From: Sphingomonadaceae bacterium
GTDB lineage: Bacteria; Chloroflexota; UBA6077
Direction of reading: 5' to 3'
Assembly: GCA_050261575.1 (NCBI GenBank)
Contig: JBLNDL010000008.1
Coordinates: 1-62,867, forward strand
Length of the DNA stretch: 62,867 nucleotides
The notes below the pieces were generated by a model that was not told the origin of the DNA, did no database searches, and saw nothing but the letters and a program-made list of their open reading frames with translations. Made by a program: the position numbers and the translations under genes. Below are positions 44,680 through 55,783 of this stretch, in pieces; position 1 is the stretch's first letter, and the number at the start of each line of letters is the position of its first letter.

Positions 44680-47600
44680 ATGAGTTCGGATCAGGAGCCC
44701 CTTGGTGCCACCAACAAACAGTTCGTCCATCTCCACGTCCACTCCGAGTACTCCCTGCTGGACGGCTTGGGGAAGATAAAGGAGTTGGTGGGTCGGGCGA
44801 AGGAGCTGGGGATGCCTGCCCTGGCCCTCACCGACCACGGCGCCATGTACGGGGTCATAGAGTTCTACCTGGCGGCCAAGGCCGCTGGCATCAAGCCGAT
44901 CATCGGCGTCGAGGCCTACGTGGCCCGGCGCAGCATGTACGACAGGGAGGCCGAGGACAAGTCCTCCAGCCACCTGCTGCTGCTGGCGAAGGACTACACC
45001 GGCTACCAGACCCTGGTGAAGCTGGTCAGCGCAGCCCAATTGGACGGCTTCTACTACAAGCCTCGCATCGACCGTGCCCTCCTCGAGAAGTACCACGAGG
45101 GGATCGTCATCTCCTCCTCCTGCCCATCTGGCGAGGTCGCCAAGGCGATCATGAGGGACGATCCCGAGGAAGCGGCCAGGATCGCCGCGTACTACCGCGA
45201 TCTGGTGGGTGCCGAGAACTACTACCTGGAGGTGCAGGACCACGGCCTGCCCGACCAGCCCAAGATCAACAGGGGCGTCCTGGAATTGGGCAGGAGGATG
45301 GGCATCCCCGTCATCGCCACCAACGACGTCCACTACGTGCGCCAGGAGCATGCAGAGGCGCAGGAGATCCTCCTCTGCATCCAGACCAACACCACCCTGG
45401 ATGATCCCAACCGAATGCGGCTGGAGACCTCCAACTTCTACCTCCGGAGCGCACAGGAGATGGCGGCGGTCTTCGGCGAGGTGCCGGAGGTGCTCGGCAA
45501 CACCCTGCGGGTGGCCGAGCAGTGCAATCTGGAGTTCGACTTCAGCCGGGTGATCCTGCCGGAGCTGGACTTCATCCCCGAGGGGATGACTCCCATCGAG
45601 TACCTCTCCCAACTGTGCTGGAAGGGGCTGTACGAGCGCTACCCCAACGTCACCGACGAGATCAAGCACCGGTTGGAGTACGAGCTGTCGGTCATCGATA
45701 AGACCGGCTTCCCGAAGTACATCCTGCTGGTGTACGACTACGTCAACTGGGCCCGCAAGCAGGGCATCTTCTGCCAGCCTCGAGGCTCGGCGGCCGGCAG
45801 CATCGTCCTCTACTGCCTCTACGTGGCCGACGTAGATCCCCTGGAGTACGACCTCACCTTCGAGCGCTTCCTGAACCCCGATCGAGCCCAGATGCCCGAT
45901 ATCGACATGGACTTCCAGGACGACCGCCGCAACGAGGTGATCGAATACGTCACCAAGAAGTACGGCGCAGACCGGGTGGGACAGATCGTCACCTTCGGGC
46001 GGCTGGCGGCGAGGGCGGCGATCCGCGACGTGGGGCGGGCCATGGGGCTGCCTCTGGCAGAGGTGGACAGGGTTGCCAAGCTGGTGCCGACCATTCCCGT
46101 CGGCATCACCATCGACAAGGCGATGGAGGAGAACCCCGACCTCCGCCGGATGTACGAGACCGAGTCCCACATCAAGCGGCTGATCGACGCCGCCAAGAGC
46201 ATCGAGGGGGTGGCACGCCACGCCTCCACCCACGCTGCGGGCGTCGTCGTGTCCCGGGACCCCCTTACAGAGATCGTCCCGATCCAGAAGGCCACCAAGG
46301 GCGAAGAGCTGGTGATGGCCCAGTACTCCATGAAGATGCTTGAGAAGGTCGGCCTTCTCAAGATGGACTTCCTGGGGCTGAACAACCTGACCATCCTGGC
46401 CAACACCCTGAAGCTGGTGGAGGCGACCCGCGGGCAGAAGCTGGACCTGTCCGCCATTCCACTGGACGATCAGGCGGCGTTCCAGATGCTGTCCGACGGC
46501 GAGACCACCGGCATCTTCCAGTTGGAGGGCGCCGGGATGCGCCGCTGGGTTCGAGAGTTGAAGCCCAGCAGCGTTCGCCACCTCATGGCCATCGTGGCCC
46601 TATACCGCCCCGGCCCCATGGCCTACATCCCCACCTACATCGCCCGCAAGGAGGGGCGGGAGAGGATCGAGTACATCCACCCCAAGCTGGAGCCGATCCT
46701 CCGAGAGACCTACGGTGTGATCGTCTACCAGGACCAGGTGATCAAGAGCGTGGTGGCCGTGGCCGGCTTCACCATGGGGCAGGCGGACATCCTGCGCAAC
46801 GCCATGAGCAAGAAGATCAAGGACGTCATGGCGAAGCAGAAGGATCTCTTCATCGAGGGCGCGCAGAAGAACGGCATCACCGAGGCGGGCGCTCAGGCGA
46901 TTTGGGAGCAGATAGAGCCGTTCGCTGGCTACGCCTTCAACAAGGCCCACGCCGCCTGCTACGCCATGCTCGCCTACCAGACGGCCTATCTGAAGACCCA
47001 CTACCCCGTGGAGTACATGGCCGCTCTCTGCACATCCTACGTGGCCGACACCGACAAGATCGCCCTCACACTGGGCGAATGCCGGCGGCTAGGGGTCCAG
47101 TTGCTTCCTCCGGACATCAACGAGAGCAGTTTGCAGTTCAGCGTGGAGTGGCTGCCCGGCGCCAGGCGGCAGATCGATCCCACGGAGAGTGGCACCGAGC
47201 AGCTCGCCATGCGCTTCGGCCTGATCGGGGTGAAGAACGTGGGCGAGGGGGCCATTCTCAGCATCATCGCCGAGCGCGAGAAGAACGGCCCCTTCAAGTC
47301 GCTGGGGGACTTCTGCAGGCGGGTCGACACGCGGACCATCAATAAGCGTGTGGTGGAGAGCCTGATCAAGTGCGGCGCCATGGACAGCTTCGGCGACCGA
47401 GCTCAACTGTTGAAAGGCCTGGATCAGACCCTGGATGCGGCCCAGCAGGAGCAGCGCGCCCAGGAGGTGGGGCAGATCACCATGTTCGACCTGTTCGGCC
47501 CGTCGGCGACCGTTGCCCCCGCTCCGACCGCCTCCTCCAAGACCGTCCCCGCGGCGTCGCTCAAAGAGCGTCTGGCGTGGGAGAAGGAGGTCCTCGGCAT

Positions 47601-48618
47601 CTACATCTCCAGCCATCCCTTCCAGCACGCCGCGTCCTGGCTCCAGAGCCGGATAACGGCCACGAGCGGCCAGATAGGCGAGGATCTGGAGGGGAAGAAG
47701 GTGGTGATCGCCGGAGTCGTCGCCGGTGTGAAATCGCTCACCACCAAGAAGGGGGACCGGATGGCCGCCGTGCAGTTGGAGGACCTCCACGGCGGCGTGG
47801 AGGTAGTGGTCTTCCCCAAGACCTACGAGAAGACCCGCGAGCTTTGGCAGCCCGACGCCGTGGTGGTGGTCGAGGGGAAGGTGGACGCCAAGGACGACCG
47901 GAAGAAGGTGCTGTGCGAGAAGGCGGAGCTGTTCGTGGTGCCGGAGGGCACCCCGCCTCCCATGGTGGAGGCGGCGTCGCCGGCTACCGGCTACGGTGTG
48001 GAGCCCGACGAGGTGGACGGAGGCTTCTACACCGAGGATCCCTCTGGAGAGGACCCGGGCCTGCAGTGGGAGGATCTCTCGGCGGAGGCTCCGCCGGCCC
48101 CTCCCCACGCTCGTGCTGTGGACCGGCCAGACGGAATGTACGCACCTCTTTCGGAAGGGGTGGCGGAGCATGCCTCTCCCTCTGAGAGAGGCCGCCCGAG
48201 CGAAGCGATGGCGGGTGAGGGCTCCGGCGAGGCGACCCCTGCCGTGGCCGTCTCCAACGGGTCTCCCGTGTCCAACGGTGTCCGGAATGGCAACGGTGCA
48301 CGGAATGGCAACGGGAACGGCAATGGACACAACGGCAAGGCCAGGGCGCGCGGGACCGCCAATGGCCGCCCGCCCTGCCACCTCCGGATCGTCCTGACCC
48401 GTCGCGGAACCGACCAGCAGGATGTGGAGCTGCTCCATCGGGTCTATCGGGCCCTCTCGGCCTGGCACGGAGAAGACAGCTACGAGTTGTGCATAGAGAC
48501 CGAGAGCGAGCGGACGATCCTGAAGAACCCCGGTGCCCGCACCTCCTTCAGCACGACCTTGGAGGCCGAGTTGAAGGAGCTGCTTGGACCCGACTGCCTG
48601 ACCGTTTGCGAGGCGTGA
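44680..48618 (+). CDS. dnaE: DNA polymerase III alpha subunit
   Basis: FVHLHVHSEYSLLDG; RGSAAGS; MPDIDMDF; YAFNKAH; OB fold. Confidence 0.97.
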   Translation: MSSDQEPLGATNKQFVHLHVHSEYSLLDGLGKIKELVGRAKELGMPALALTDHGAMYGVIEFYLAAKAAGIKPIIGVEAYVARRSMYDREAEDKSSSHLLLLAKDYTGYQTLVKLVSAAQLDGFYYKPRIDRALLEKYHEGIVISSSCPSGEVAKAIMRDDPEEAARIAAYYRDLVGAENYYLEVQDHGLPDQPKINRGVLELGRRMGIPVIATNDVHYVRQEHAEAQEILLCIQTNTTLDDPNRMRLETSNFYLRSAQEMAAVFGEVPEVLGNTLRVAEQCNLEFDFSRVILPELDFIPEGMTPIEYLSQLCWKGLYERYPNVTDEIKHRLEYELSVIDKTGFPKYILLVYDYVNWARKQGIFCQPRGSAAGSIVLYCLYVADVDPLEYDLTFERFLNPDRAQMPDIDMDFQDDRRNEVIEYVTKKYGADRVGQIVTFGRLAARAAIRDVGRAMGLPLAEVDRVAKLVPTIPVGITIDKAMEENPDLRRMYETESHIKRLIDAAKSIEGVARHASTHAAGVVVSRDPLTEIVPIQKATKGEELVMAQYSMKMLEKVGLLKMDFLGLNNLTILANTLKLVEATRGQKLDLSAIPLDDQAAFQMLSDGETTGIFQLEGAGMRRWVRELKPSSVRHLMAIVALYRPGPMAYIPTYIARKEGRERIEYIHPKLEPILRETYGVIVYQDQVIKSVVAVAGFTMGQADILRNAMSKKIKDVMAKQKDLFIEGAQKNGITEAGAQAIWEQIEPFAGYAFNKAHAACYAMLAYQTAYLKTHYPVEYMAALCTSYVADTDKIALTLGECRRLGVQLLPPDINESSLQFSVEWLPGARRQIDPTESGTEQLAMRFGLIGVKNVGEGAILSIIAEREKNGPFKSLGDFCRRVDTRTINKRVVESLIKCGAMDSFGDRAQLLKGLDQTLDAAQQEQRAQEVGQITMFDLFGPSATVAPAPTASSKTVPAASLKERLAWEKEVLGIYISSHPFQHAASWLQSRITATSGQIGEDLEGKKVVIAGVVAGVKSLTTKKGDRMAAVQLEDLHGGVEVVVFPKTYEKTRELWQPDAVVVVEGKVDAKDDRKKVLCEKAELFVVPEGTPPPMVEAASPATGYGVEPDEVDGGFYTEDPSGEDPGLQWEDLSAEAPPAPPHARAVDRPDGMYAPLSEGVAEHASPSERGRPSEAMAGEGSGEATPAVAVSNGSPVSNGVRNGNGARNGNGNGNGHNGKARARGTANGRPPCHLRIVLTRRGTDQQDVELLHRVYRALSAWHGEDSYELCIETESERTILKNPGARTSFSTTLEAELKELLGPDCLTVCEA

Positions 48619-48741
48619 CGAAGAGATGCGACGGCCCGCTGGCGACGGCTACCGACGTGGTGCGAGGTCTCGTACGCGCGACGCGCCGCCACCCCACGTG
48701 ACGAACGGATGGCAGGGGGCGAGCCCCTGCCCCACAACGTG

Positions 48742-49572
48742 ATGCTGGTCGACTACCACCTGCACTCCCACGTCTCGCACGATGGGGCGGGGAGGATCGA
48801 GGAGCACGCGCGACGGGCGGCGGAACTCGGCCTCGCAGAGATCTGCCTCACCGAGCACCTGGATTTCTACCCTTCCCAGGACGGCCTCTCCTGCACCACT
48901 ATCCCCTCATCCGACCGGCTGGAGCGCTACCTGGAGGAGGTGCGTGAACTGCGGGATCGCAGCCCGGTGCGGGTGCTCGCCGGGATAGAGCTGGACTACA
49001 AGCCGGAGGCCGACCGCTGGGTGCGGGAGCTGCTGGACCGGTTCCACTTCGACTTCGTGCTCGGGTCCGTCCACAACGTGGGTAGCTGGGGCGTATCAGG
49101 GCCGGAGGATATGGCGCTGGACTTCTTCCGGGAGCGGGGCACCGAGCGGGGTTGCCTCGAGTACTACGAGATGGTGGCGCGGGCGGTGGACACCGGCCTG
49201 TTCGACTCGTTCGCACATCTGGATCTAGTGAAGCGCTTCCGGCCGGAGAACGGTACGCTGATCCTCCAGGGATCCATCCGCGATCGGATCGTGGGCATCC
49301 TGGACCGGATGGCGGCCACGGGGACCGGCATCGAGGTCAACGGCTCCGGCCTGGTCCACGCCCCCCGCGAGGCATATCCCAGCCTGTCGCTGCTGAAGCT
49401 GGCCCGCGAGCGAGGGGTGACCGTGCTCACGGCGGGCTCCGACTCGCACCGGCCCGAGACTGTCGGGCGGCACTTGCGGGAATCGCTCGCTCTCGCCCGC
49501 GAGGCGGGCTTCACCCACCTCTACACCTTCGACCGGCGGGTTCGGACGGCGATTGCGATCGAAAACGGCTGA
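48742..49572 (+). CDS. PHP-domain histidinol-phosphatase-like protein (HisJ/HisK family)
   Basis: DYHLHS; TEH; GIELD; GSVH; AHLD; GSDSH. Confidence 0.85.
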   Translation: MLVDYHLHSHVSHDGAGRIEEHARRAAELGLAEICLTEHLDFYPSQDGLSCTTIPSSDRLERYLEEVRELRDRSPVRVLAGIELDYKPEADRWVRELLDRFHFDFVLGSVHNVGSWGVSGPEDMALDFFRERGTERGCLEYYEMVARAVDTGLFDSFAHLDLVKRFRPENGTLILQGSIRDRIVGILDRMAATGTGIEVNGSGLVHAPREAYPSLSLLKLARERGVTVLTAGSDSHRPETVGRHLRESLALAREAGFTHLYTFDRRVRTAIAIENG

Positions 49573-49615
49573 CGAATCGATCCGCGACATCCGCGGATTC
49601 GTTGCCTGTCGTCCC

Positions 49616-50671
49616 CTACTTCGGCAGCCCCTCGATCCCCTCCAGCACCTCCGGCTCGAAACGACCATCCCTCATCAGTGGCTTGCCGTCGTACCAGATG
49701 GAGCAGTCGGTGGGGATTACGTCCACGTGGGTCCTGGCAGACCATTTCGCCCCCGTCTCCTCGGGGTAGGGGTCGCCGAAGGCCACGTGCACGCCGGGGA
49801 TCTTCTCGTCCTGGAGCAGGTTGCCGGTGAGGGCCCGCACCCAGAGGTTCGCCCCGATGGCGAACTCCCCTACTCGATCGCTGTTCTCTCCCGAGGCCAG
49901 GTACTGCTCTAGCTCGCTCTCCAGTTGCCGATCCTCGCAGCGCACCTCCACGGCCCGCCCCCCGGAGATGGCGAAGGTCACCGGCCTCTCCAGCACCCCG
50001 TACTTGCGGCTGAAGTAGTCGCCTAGCACATCGGCTACCAGGACCCCCTCGGCGTCCACCGGCGAGGTGTAGGTCTCCCCTTCGGGGAGGTTTCCCCATT
50101 CCCCCTGCTGGTGGTAGAGGCCGGTGCAGGGCTTCCACAGCAGCTCCTGGGAGAAGGTCGCCAGGAGGTCGGTCCCCTTGGGGTTGGTGACCCGTATGTG
50201 CCTGGCCGGACGCACCAGATCAGTCACCCTCTCCACCAGCGTGGCGACGACGGAGTAGTCGGCGAGCATCCCCTGGATCATCAGCCTCTCGTCGATGTCC
50301 ACCATGTGGCCGTGCCGAGCGTTCAGCTCGTCGATAAGCAGGTGGCGCATGGGGATCCGGAAGGAGACCTCGCCCTTGAGGCCCCTGGCGACGAAAAAGG
50401 TGGCGGTGGGCTGGGCGGCCCGCAGCGCCTCGGCGAAGCCCGCGGGCGTGGAGGTGAAGGGCCGGCGCCCGAACTCCTCCAGGTAGATCGAGTGCACCTC
50501 GGCTCCTGCCCTCAGGGCCTCCTCCCTGAGGGCGAGCCCAATGGCTTCGCTGTCGCGATCGGTGATGATGGCGACCCTGTCGCCTCCATCGATCGCCAGA
50601 CAGGTCCTGACGGCGTTGCGAGCCCCTGGTAGAAGCTCTCCAGGGGTGGTGGTTTTCTCTGGGCTGTTCAC
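49616..50671 (-). CDS. Aminopeptidase, M29/thermophilic metalloprotease-like
   Basis: WGNLPEGETYTSP; VGEFAIGAN; LLQDEKIPGVHVAFG. Confidence 0.87.
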   Translation of the reverse strand: MNSPEKTTTPGELLPGARNAVRTCLAIDGGDRVAIITDRDSEAIGLALREEALRAGAEVHSIYLEEFGRRPFTSTPAGFAEALRAAQPTATFFVARGLKGEVSFRIPMRHLLIDELNARHGHMVDIDERLMIQGMLADYSVVATLVERVTDLVRPARHIRVTNPKGTDLLATFSQELLWKPCTGLYHQQGEWGNLPEGETYTSPVDAEGVLVADVLGDYFSRKYGVLERPVTFAISGGRAVEVRCEDRQLESELEQYLASGENSDRVGEFAIGANLWVRALTGNLLQDEKIPGVHVAFGDPYPEETGAKWSARTHVDVIPTDCSIWYDGKPLMRDGRFEPEVLEGIEGLPK

Positions 50672-50809
50672 GCGTAGCCTCCTAGAAATCGCGCGGATCG
50701 GGGTGGCAGGCGAATTGCCGTTGGATCGGCGATCCGTGGCCGGCGGTGACCTGCCCGATTCTGATAGCGAAATCTGGGCCAATTATACCGCTGGGAGGGG
50801 CGGGAAGGG

Positions 50810-51463
50810 GTGAGTCCGAGGAGGGAGATCCACGACGCCTCCGAGCACGTCCGTCGAACGGCCGAGGAAGAGGGTGGTGGCCGGAGCGAGGTGGGGGACT
50901 TCCGGGTCCGGGCCGCGATCGCCATCGCGGTGCTGGCCGTGCTGCTGGCCCTGGCGAACCTCGGGGGCGAGAACGCGGCCAACGAGATGGTGGGCGCCAA
51001 CATCGATGCTCGCGGCGCGTGGGACCTCTATCAGGCCACCAACGTCCTTCAGTCCACGTATGCCATCGCGGCGGACCGTCTGGAGATCGAGATGGAGTTG
51101 CGCGGGGATTCGCTTTCCCTCGAACAGCGCCGGTCGATCCAGGACGCGATCGACCGCTACCGGGCGACGGTAGACAGCCTGGAGAGCAGTCCCGGCTTTC
51201 TGGCGGGCGCCGCTCCTTCGCCGGTGGAGGGCAAGAGCGAGCTGGCGGACCGGGCGCGCCGCCACGAGGCCATACGCGAGCGAGCCGAGTTGCAGGAGCA
51301 CACATTCGATTACTCCTCGGCACTCTTCCAGATGGCCATCGTGCTCGGCTCGGTCGCGATCGTCGTCGTGTCCAGTCGGGTGCTGTTGCTGGCGCTGATC
51401 CTCGGTGGGGTGGCCGCCCTGCTGATGCTGAACGGCTTCCTCCTGCTGGTGCCGCTGCGCTGA
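50810..51463 (+). CDS. DUF4337-like membrane protein
   Basis: AIAVLAVLLAL...AWDLYQA...ALFQMAIVLGSVAI. Confidence 0.75.
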   Translation: MSPRREIHDASEHVRRTAEEEGGGRSEVGDFRVRAAIAIAVLAVLLALANLGGENAANEMVGANIDARGAWDLYQATNVLQSTYAIAADRLEIEMELRGDSLSLEQRRSIQDAIDRYRATVDSLESSPGFLAGAAPSPVEGKSELADRARRHEAIRERAELQEHTFDYSSALFQMAIVLGSVAIVVVSSRVLLLALILGGVAALLMLNGFLLLVPLR

Positions 51464-51738
51464 GATCCCCCGGTCAACTGCCTGAGTGCGCCTGACGCAA
51501 CCTGTGAAGGGGCAGACACGTAGGTCTGCCCTACGTGCGGAGGAGGCCGCGCGGGCGGACCCGCTGGTCCACCCCTACCGGTATCGTTGGGGTCTCTGAG
51601 TGTATCGATCCCGGAGTAGGGCGGGCTGTCTACGACCGGCCGTGCCTGAGTTGTGCCACTCGGGCCAGCAGGAGTATAGTGAGGGCACCTCTATTCTCCT
51701 TCGTGGCGGGCCAAGTGCAATTGCGGCAATCGGACTCT

Positions 51739-52080
51739 CGTTCCGTTCTCGCGTCCTTCTCACCCGGCTGGCGCAGCCGGCTTCCCTTCTTCTACGGCTG
51801 GGTGGTCGTCGGCTCACTCTTCGTCGCCGTGACCATCGGGTACGACGTCTACTACTCTTTCTCCATCTTTTTCGTGGCGCTGCTGGAGGGCTACGGCTGG
51901 AGTCGTGCCTCCACGGCCGGGGTCTTCTCCGTCTTCCTTGCCACCAGCCGGCTCACCGAGTTGTGGGGGTTGTACGTCGTGGTCGCCTTGGCGGTAGCGG
52001 CGGCGAGCTGCTGTGCCTCGTCCGTCTTCCTGTGGATCGCCGCGCCGCGGAAGGTCCGCCGCGCCCCGTCTGGAGGATAG
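51739..52080 (+). pseudogene. Internally deleted MFS transporter remnant
   Basis: MFS N-term FFYGWVVV...FFVALLEGYGWSRASTAGVFS joined to a middle fragment (LTELWGLY) and a C-term LWIAAPRKVR; about 110 aa in all. Confidence 0.65.
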
Positions 52081-52241
52081 TGGGACACGCTTCACGAGGG
52101 CGAGGCACCGCGATGGTCGTGGTAACCTGTAACACTGGAGCTCGTCCCCGGCGTGGTGCCCGTCGCAAGAGGGCTGCGATGCAGCGCCTTGGACGCGCTC
52201 TGATCTTGCCGATCGAGGAGATGACAGGATGGGGGTGAGTA

Positions 52242-53246
52242 ATGGAAACGGGTAAGCTCTCTCCATCGGATCTGGAGCGGATCGTCTTCCCCTATCTGGG
52301 GGTCAGGCGGCCAGACGTGCTGGTGCGCGCCGCCGTGGGTGAGGACTCCGCGATAATCGACTTCGGCGACTGGGTGTGCGTGCTCTCCACCGATCCCATC
52401 ACCGGAGCCACCAAGAACGCGGGCTGGCTTGCCGTCCACGTCTCCTGCAACGACGTGGCCTCCAATGGGGCTGAGCCCGTGGGGGTGCTGTTAACCCTCC
52501 TGCTGTCGGAGCAAGCCGGCGAGGAGGACCTACGCGCAGTGATGGAGGATGCGCACAGGGCGGCCTCCGAGCTGGGGATCGAGGTGCTGGGGGGCCACAC
52601 CGAGGTCACGCCGGGTCTGCCCGCCACCATCGTCTCCTCCACCGCCGTCGGCAAGGCTCCCAAGAGCCGCTACGTCGTCTCCTCTGGGGCGCGGCCGGGA
52701 GATGCCCTGGTGCTCACCAAGAGTGCCGGGCTGGAGGGGACCGCAATCCTGGCCACCGACTTCGAGGATCGACTGTGGGGCTTCTTGGGGCCGGAGCAGC
52801 TAGTCCGTGCCCAGTCCTTTAGGTGGCAGATCAGCGTGGTCCAGGAGGGGCTGGCGGCGGCGGAGTTGGGCGCCACCGCCATGCACGACGCCACGGAGGG
52901 CGGCGTGCTGGGCGCGATCCACGAGATGGTCACCTCGGCGGGGGTGGGGGTGGAGGTGTGGGCGGACGCCGTGCCCGTGCGGGAGGAGACTCGTGCCATC
53001 TGCCGCTTCTTCCACGCCGACCCGCTGAAGCTGATCTCCAGCGGAACCCTGCTGATCGCCTGCCCCGACGGCACGGCCATGGCGGAGGTCCTCACCCGCC
53101 GGGGCGTACCGGCCGCGGTGATCGGACGGCTGACCGATCCCGCCTCGGGCCGGTGGGTCATCTGCGGCGACCGGCGCCTCCCCCTGGAGCCCTCCTACCG
53201 GGACGAGCTGTGGCGCATCCTGGAGTCGGGTCGTGGCTCCGAGTAG
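52242..53246 (+). CDS. AIR synthase-related (HypE/PurM-like) protein
   Basis: GEDSA; STDPITG; NDVASNG; GGHTE; MHDATEGG. Confidence 0.88.
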   Translation: METGKLSPSDLERIVFPYLGVRRPDVLVRAAVGEDSAIIDFGDWVCVLSTDPITGATKNAGWLAVHVSCNDVASNGAEPVGVLLTLLLSEQAGEEDLRAVMEDAHRAASELGIEVLGGHTEVTPGLPATIVSSTAVGKAPKSRYVVSSGARPGDALVLTKSAGLEGTAILATDFEDRLWGFLGPEQLVRAQSFRWQISVVQEGLAAAELGATAMHDATEGGVLGAIHEMVTSAGVGVEVWADAVPVREETRAICRFFHADPLKLISSGTLLIACPDGTAMAEVLTRRGVPAAVIGRLTDPASGRWVICGDRRLPLEPSYRDELWRILESGRGSE

Positions 53247-53257
53247 CGTGGAGGCGC

Positions 53258-55342
53258 TCAGGCTCGCCAGAGCAGCTTGGCGTCGGCGACCACCGCCCCG
53301 TCCTCGTGCACGATCACGGGATTGAGGTCCATCTGGTCCAGGACCTCGGCCAGTTCGTGCCCCATGCTCGATATCTTGAGCAGGAGGTCGATCACCGCCT
53401 CGCGGCTGGCTTTGATGCCGCGGAAGCCCTCCAGCAACGCGCGGGCCTTCAGTTCGCCCAGCATCTCCACCGCGTCGTCCCGATCGATGGGCACTCGCCG
53501 GAAGGCCACGTCCCGGTACAGCTCCGACAGCACCCCTCCAACGCCGCACATGATGGACAGCCCGAAGGTCGGGTCGGACACGAGTCCGGCGATGATCTCC
53601 ACGCCCTCGGGCACCATCTCCTCTGCCAGCAGGTCCTCGCCTGGGAACCGAGTTCGCATCTCATCGACCGCGGTCTCCAACTGCCGTGGGTCCTGGATGT
53701 CCAGCATCACTCCGCCCCGCTCGGTCTTGTGGAGGATGGTCGCCGATCGCACCTTGAGCACCAACGGATAGTCGAGGGGGAGCGCGGCGGGAAGAACCCC
53801 CTTCTCCAGCACGACGGACCTGGGTGTGGATATGCCCTGCCCTCGCAGGATCGCTTTCACCTCGTCCTCGGCGAGCGGGACACCGGGACGGTAGCTGGAG
53901 AGGATGGCCGGGGGCTCGGAGCTAGGGGTGGAGACGGACCTGCGCCGGCCCGCGCTGGTTCGCCGGAGGTACTCCCCTCGCTCTGCCAGGGCCTGAATCG
54001 CGCGTACCGCCCGCCTGATCGAGGGGTAGGCCGGCACCCGCGCGGCCTCGAGCTGCCGGATGCTCTGGATCGCCGGACCCGAACCCATCGGAACGATGAC
54101 TATCGGCTTCTTGCCGGTCCTTCCCAGTTGACACAGCACCTCGGTCAGGCGGTCGTCGATGGCGGGCGGCTGATATCCGAAGCAGCACAGGATCGCATCC
54201 ACACCCGGGTCGTCCTGGAGTATCTCCAGGGCGTCGGCGAACATCTGGTTGCCGGCGCTGGCGGTCACATCGATGGGGTTTCGCAGTGCGGCGAAGGGCA
54301 GGGTCACCTTTGCCAGCTTCTCCGTCGTCTCCGGAGTCAGCTCGGCGAGCCTTAGCCCGATCCGGCGATCCCGCGCCTCGATGAAGTCCGCGGCGATGAT
54401 CCCCCACCCGCCGCCGTTGGTGAGGACGGCGATCCGGTGGCCATCGAGCGGCCTGGAGTAGGCCAGCGCTCGCCCCACGTCCAGCAGTTCTTCGCAGTCG
54501 TGGACCCTCGCCACCCCTACCTGCCGGAGCGCTCCCTCGGTCACTCGATCCGAGCCCGCCAGCGATCCGGTGTGAAGCTGCACCGCTCGCGCCCCGGACT
54601 CCGAGCAGCCGGCCTTGAGCAGTACGACCGGCTTTCGGTCGACCGTCTTGGCGCAGGAAGCGAGGAAGCCGGAAGCGTCGGCGAAGCTCTCCAGGTACAG
54701 TCCGAGGACGGAGGTGTCGGGGGCGGCGGCGAAGTAGTCGATCAACTCGTTCTCGTCGACATCCAGCCGGTTGCCCAGCCCCACGAAGGCCGAGATGGTC
54801 ATTCCGTGTGTGGCCGCGGCGTCCAGCTCTCCCAGCACCGCCGAGCCGCTCTGCGAGATCAACGCCAGACTGCCCGGCCCCGGGCGCACGAACCTATCTG
54901 GAGAAAGGAAGACCGTGTCCAGGCCGGTGGCTGGGGCGAGGACTCCCAGGGTGTTGGGCCCCAGCAGGCGCGTGTTGCTCCCCCTGATGGTTTCCGCCAA
55001 CTGCGCTTCCAGGGCCCGGCCGGCCTCGCCGGTCTCTCCGAAACCGCCCGCGATGGCGATCACCCCACGCACCCCACGCAGGACGCACTCGGCCGTCGCG
55101 GGGACCGTCACCTCCGCCGGCAGGGCGAGAACCGCTAGGTCCGGAGCCTCCGGGGTCTCCTGGAGGCTGTGGAGCACCGGAACGCCGAGAATCGTTCCTC
55201 CCTTTGGGTTGATCGGGTAGATGGTGAAGCCCTTGCCGAGAAGCTGCTTCACCACTATGTTGCCCACCTTGCCTTTCTGAGGGGACGCTCCCACGACGGC
55301 TATCGACTTGGGGCTCAAGAATGCATCGATCCCATCTCTCAT
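53258..55342 (-). CDS. ADP-forming acetate/acyl-CoA ligase, fused alpha-beta
   Basis: PKSIAVVGAS; LLGPN; ISQSG; HTGSLAG phospho-His; HKTERGGV; DLNP. Confidence 0.92.
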   Translation of the reverse strand: MRDGIDAFLSPKSIAVVGASPQKGKVGNIVVKQLLGKGFTIYPINPKGGTILGVPVLHSLQETPEAPDLAVLALPAEVTVPATAECVLRGVRGVIAIAGGFGETGEAGRALEAQLAETIRGSNTRLLGPNTLGVLAPATGLDTVFLSPDRFVRPGPGSLALISQSGSAVLGELDAAATHGMTISAFVGLGNRLDVDENELIDYFAAAPDTSVLGLYLESFADASGFLASCAKTVDRKPVVLLKAGCSESGARAVQLHTGSLAGSDRVTEGALRQVGVARVHDCEELLDVGRALAYSRPLDGHRIAVLTNGGGWGIIAADFIEARDRRIGLRLAELTPETTEKLAKVTLPFAALRNPIDVTASAGNQMFADALEILQDDPGVDAILCCFGYQPPAIDDRLTEVLCQLGRTGKKPIVIVPMGSGPAIQSIRQLEAARVPAYPSIRRAVRAIQALAERGEYLRRTSAGRRRSVSTPSSEPPAILSSYRPGVPLAEDEVKAILRGQGISTPRSVVLEKGVLPAALPLDYPLVLKVRSATILHKTERGGVMLDIQDPRQLETAVDEMRTRFPGEDLLAEEMVPEGVEIIAGLVSDPTFGLSIMCGVGGVLSELYRDVAFRRVPIDRDDAVEMLGELKARALLEGFRGIKASREAVIDLLLKISSMGHELAEVLDQMDLNPVIVHEDGAVVADAKLLWRA

Positions 55343-55783
55343 CCAAAGCACCCCCTGAACAACACGCGCAGAGTATACCCCACGCGGGCCCCGAGTCCAG
55401 ACCATGGTCAGCACATCTACCAGCCCGTACAACGAATACTCCACGCGGCTCAGGAGTCCAGGGGCTTCGGGGCGAGTCCGCACCTTTGCCTGGCCCTGGA
55501 CCCGGCCGGTCAATAGCGAAGTCGTGCTGTGGGACCTGCCCAGAATCCTCACGGCCGGGCCAAGCATAGGCAGAGTGGCGATGCCTCTGGCAGCCCGAAG
55601 CCCCTGCTGTGCGCGTGCGGACGATGCTGCGGTGGGGTGACGGGCAGGGTGTGTTACCAACTGGCCGAAGTTGCGTTACAGTAGTCGGAAGAATAGCTAC
55701 AATGAAGCGGGCATCGGCGGTTTTCTGGGAGGTTGCGCCTTCCCACGCGGATCATCTCAGCAAATGCTGAGGAGGGCTGCCCA

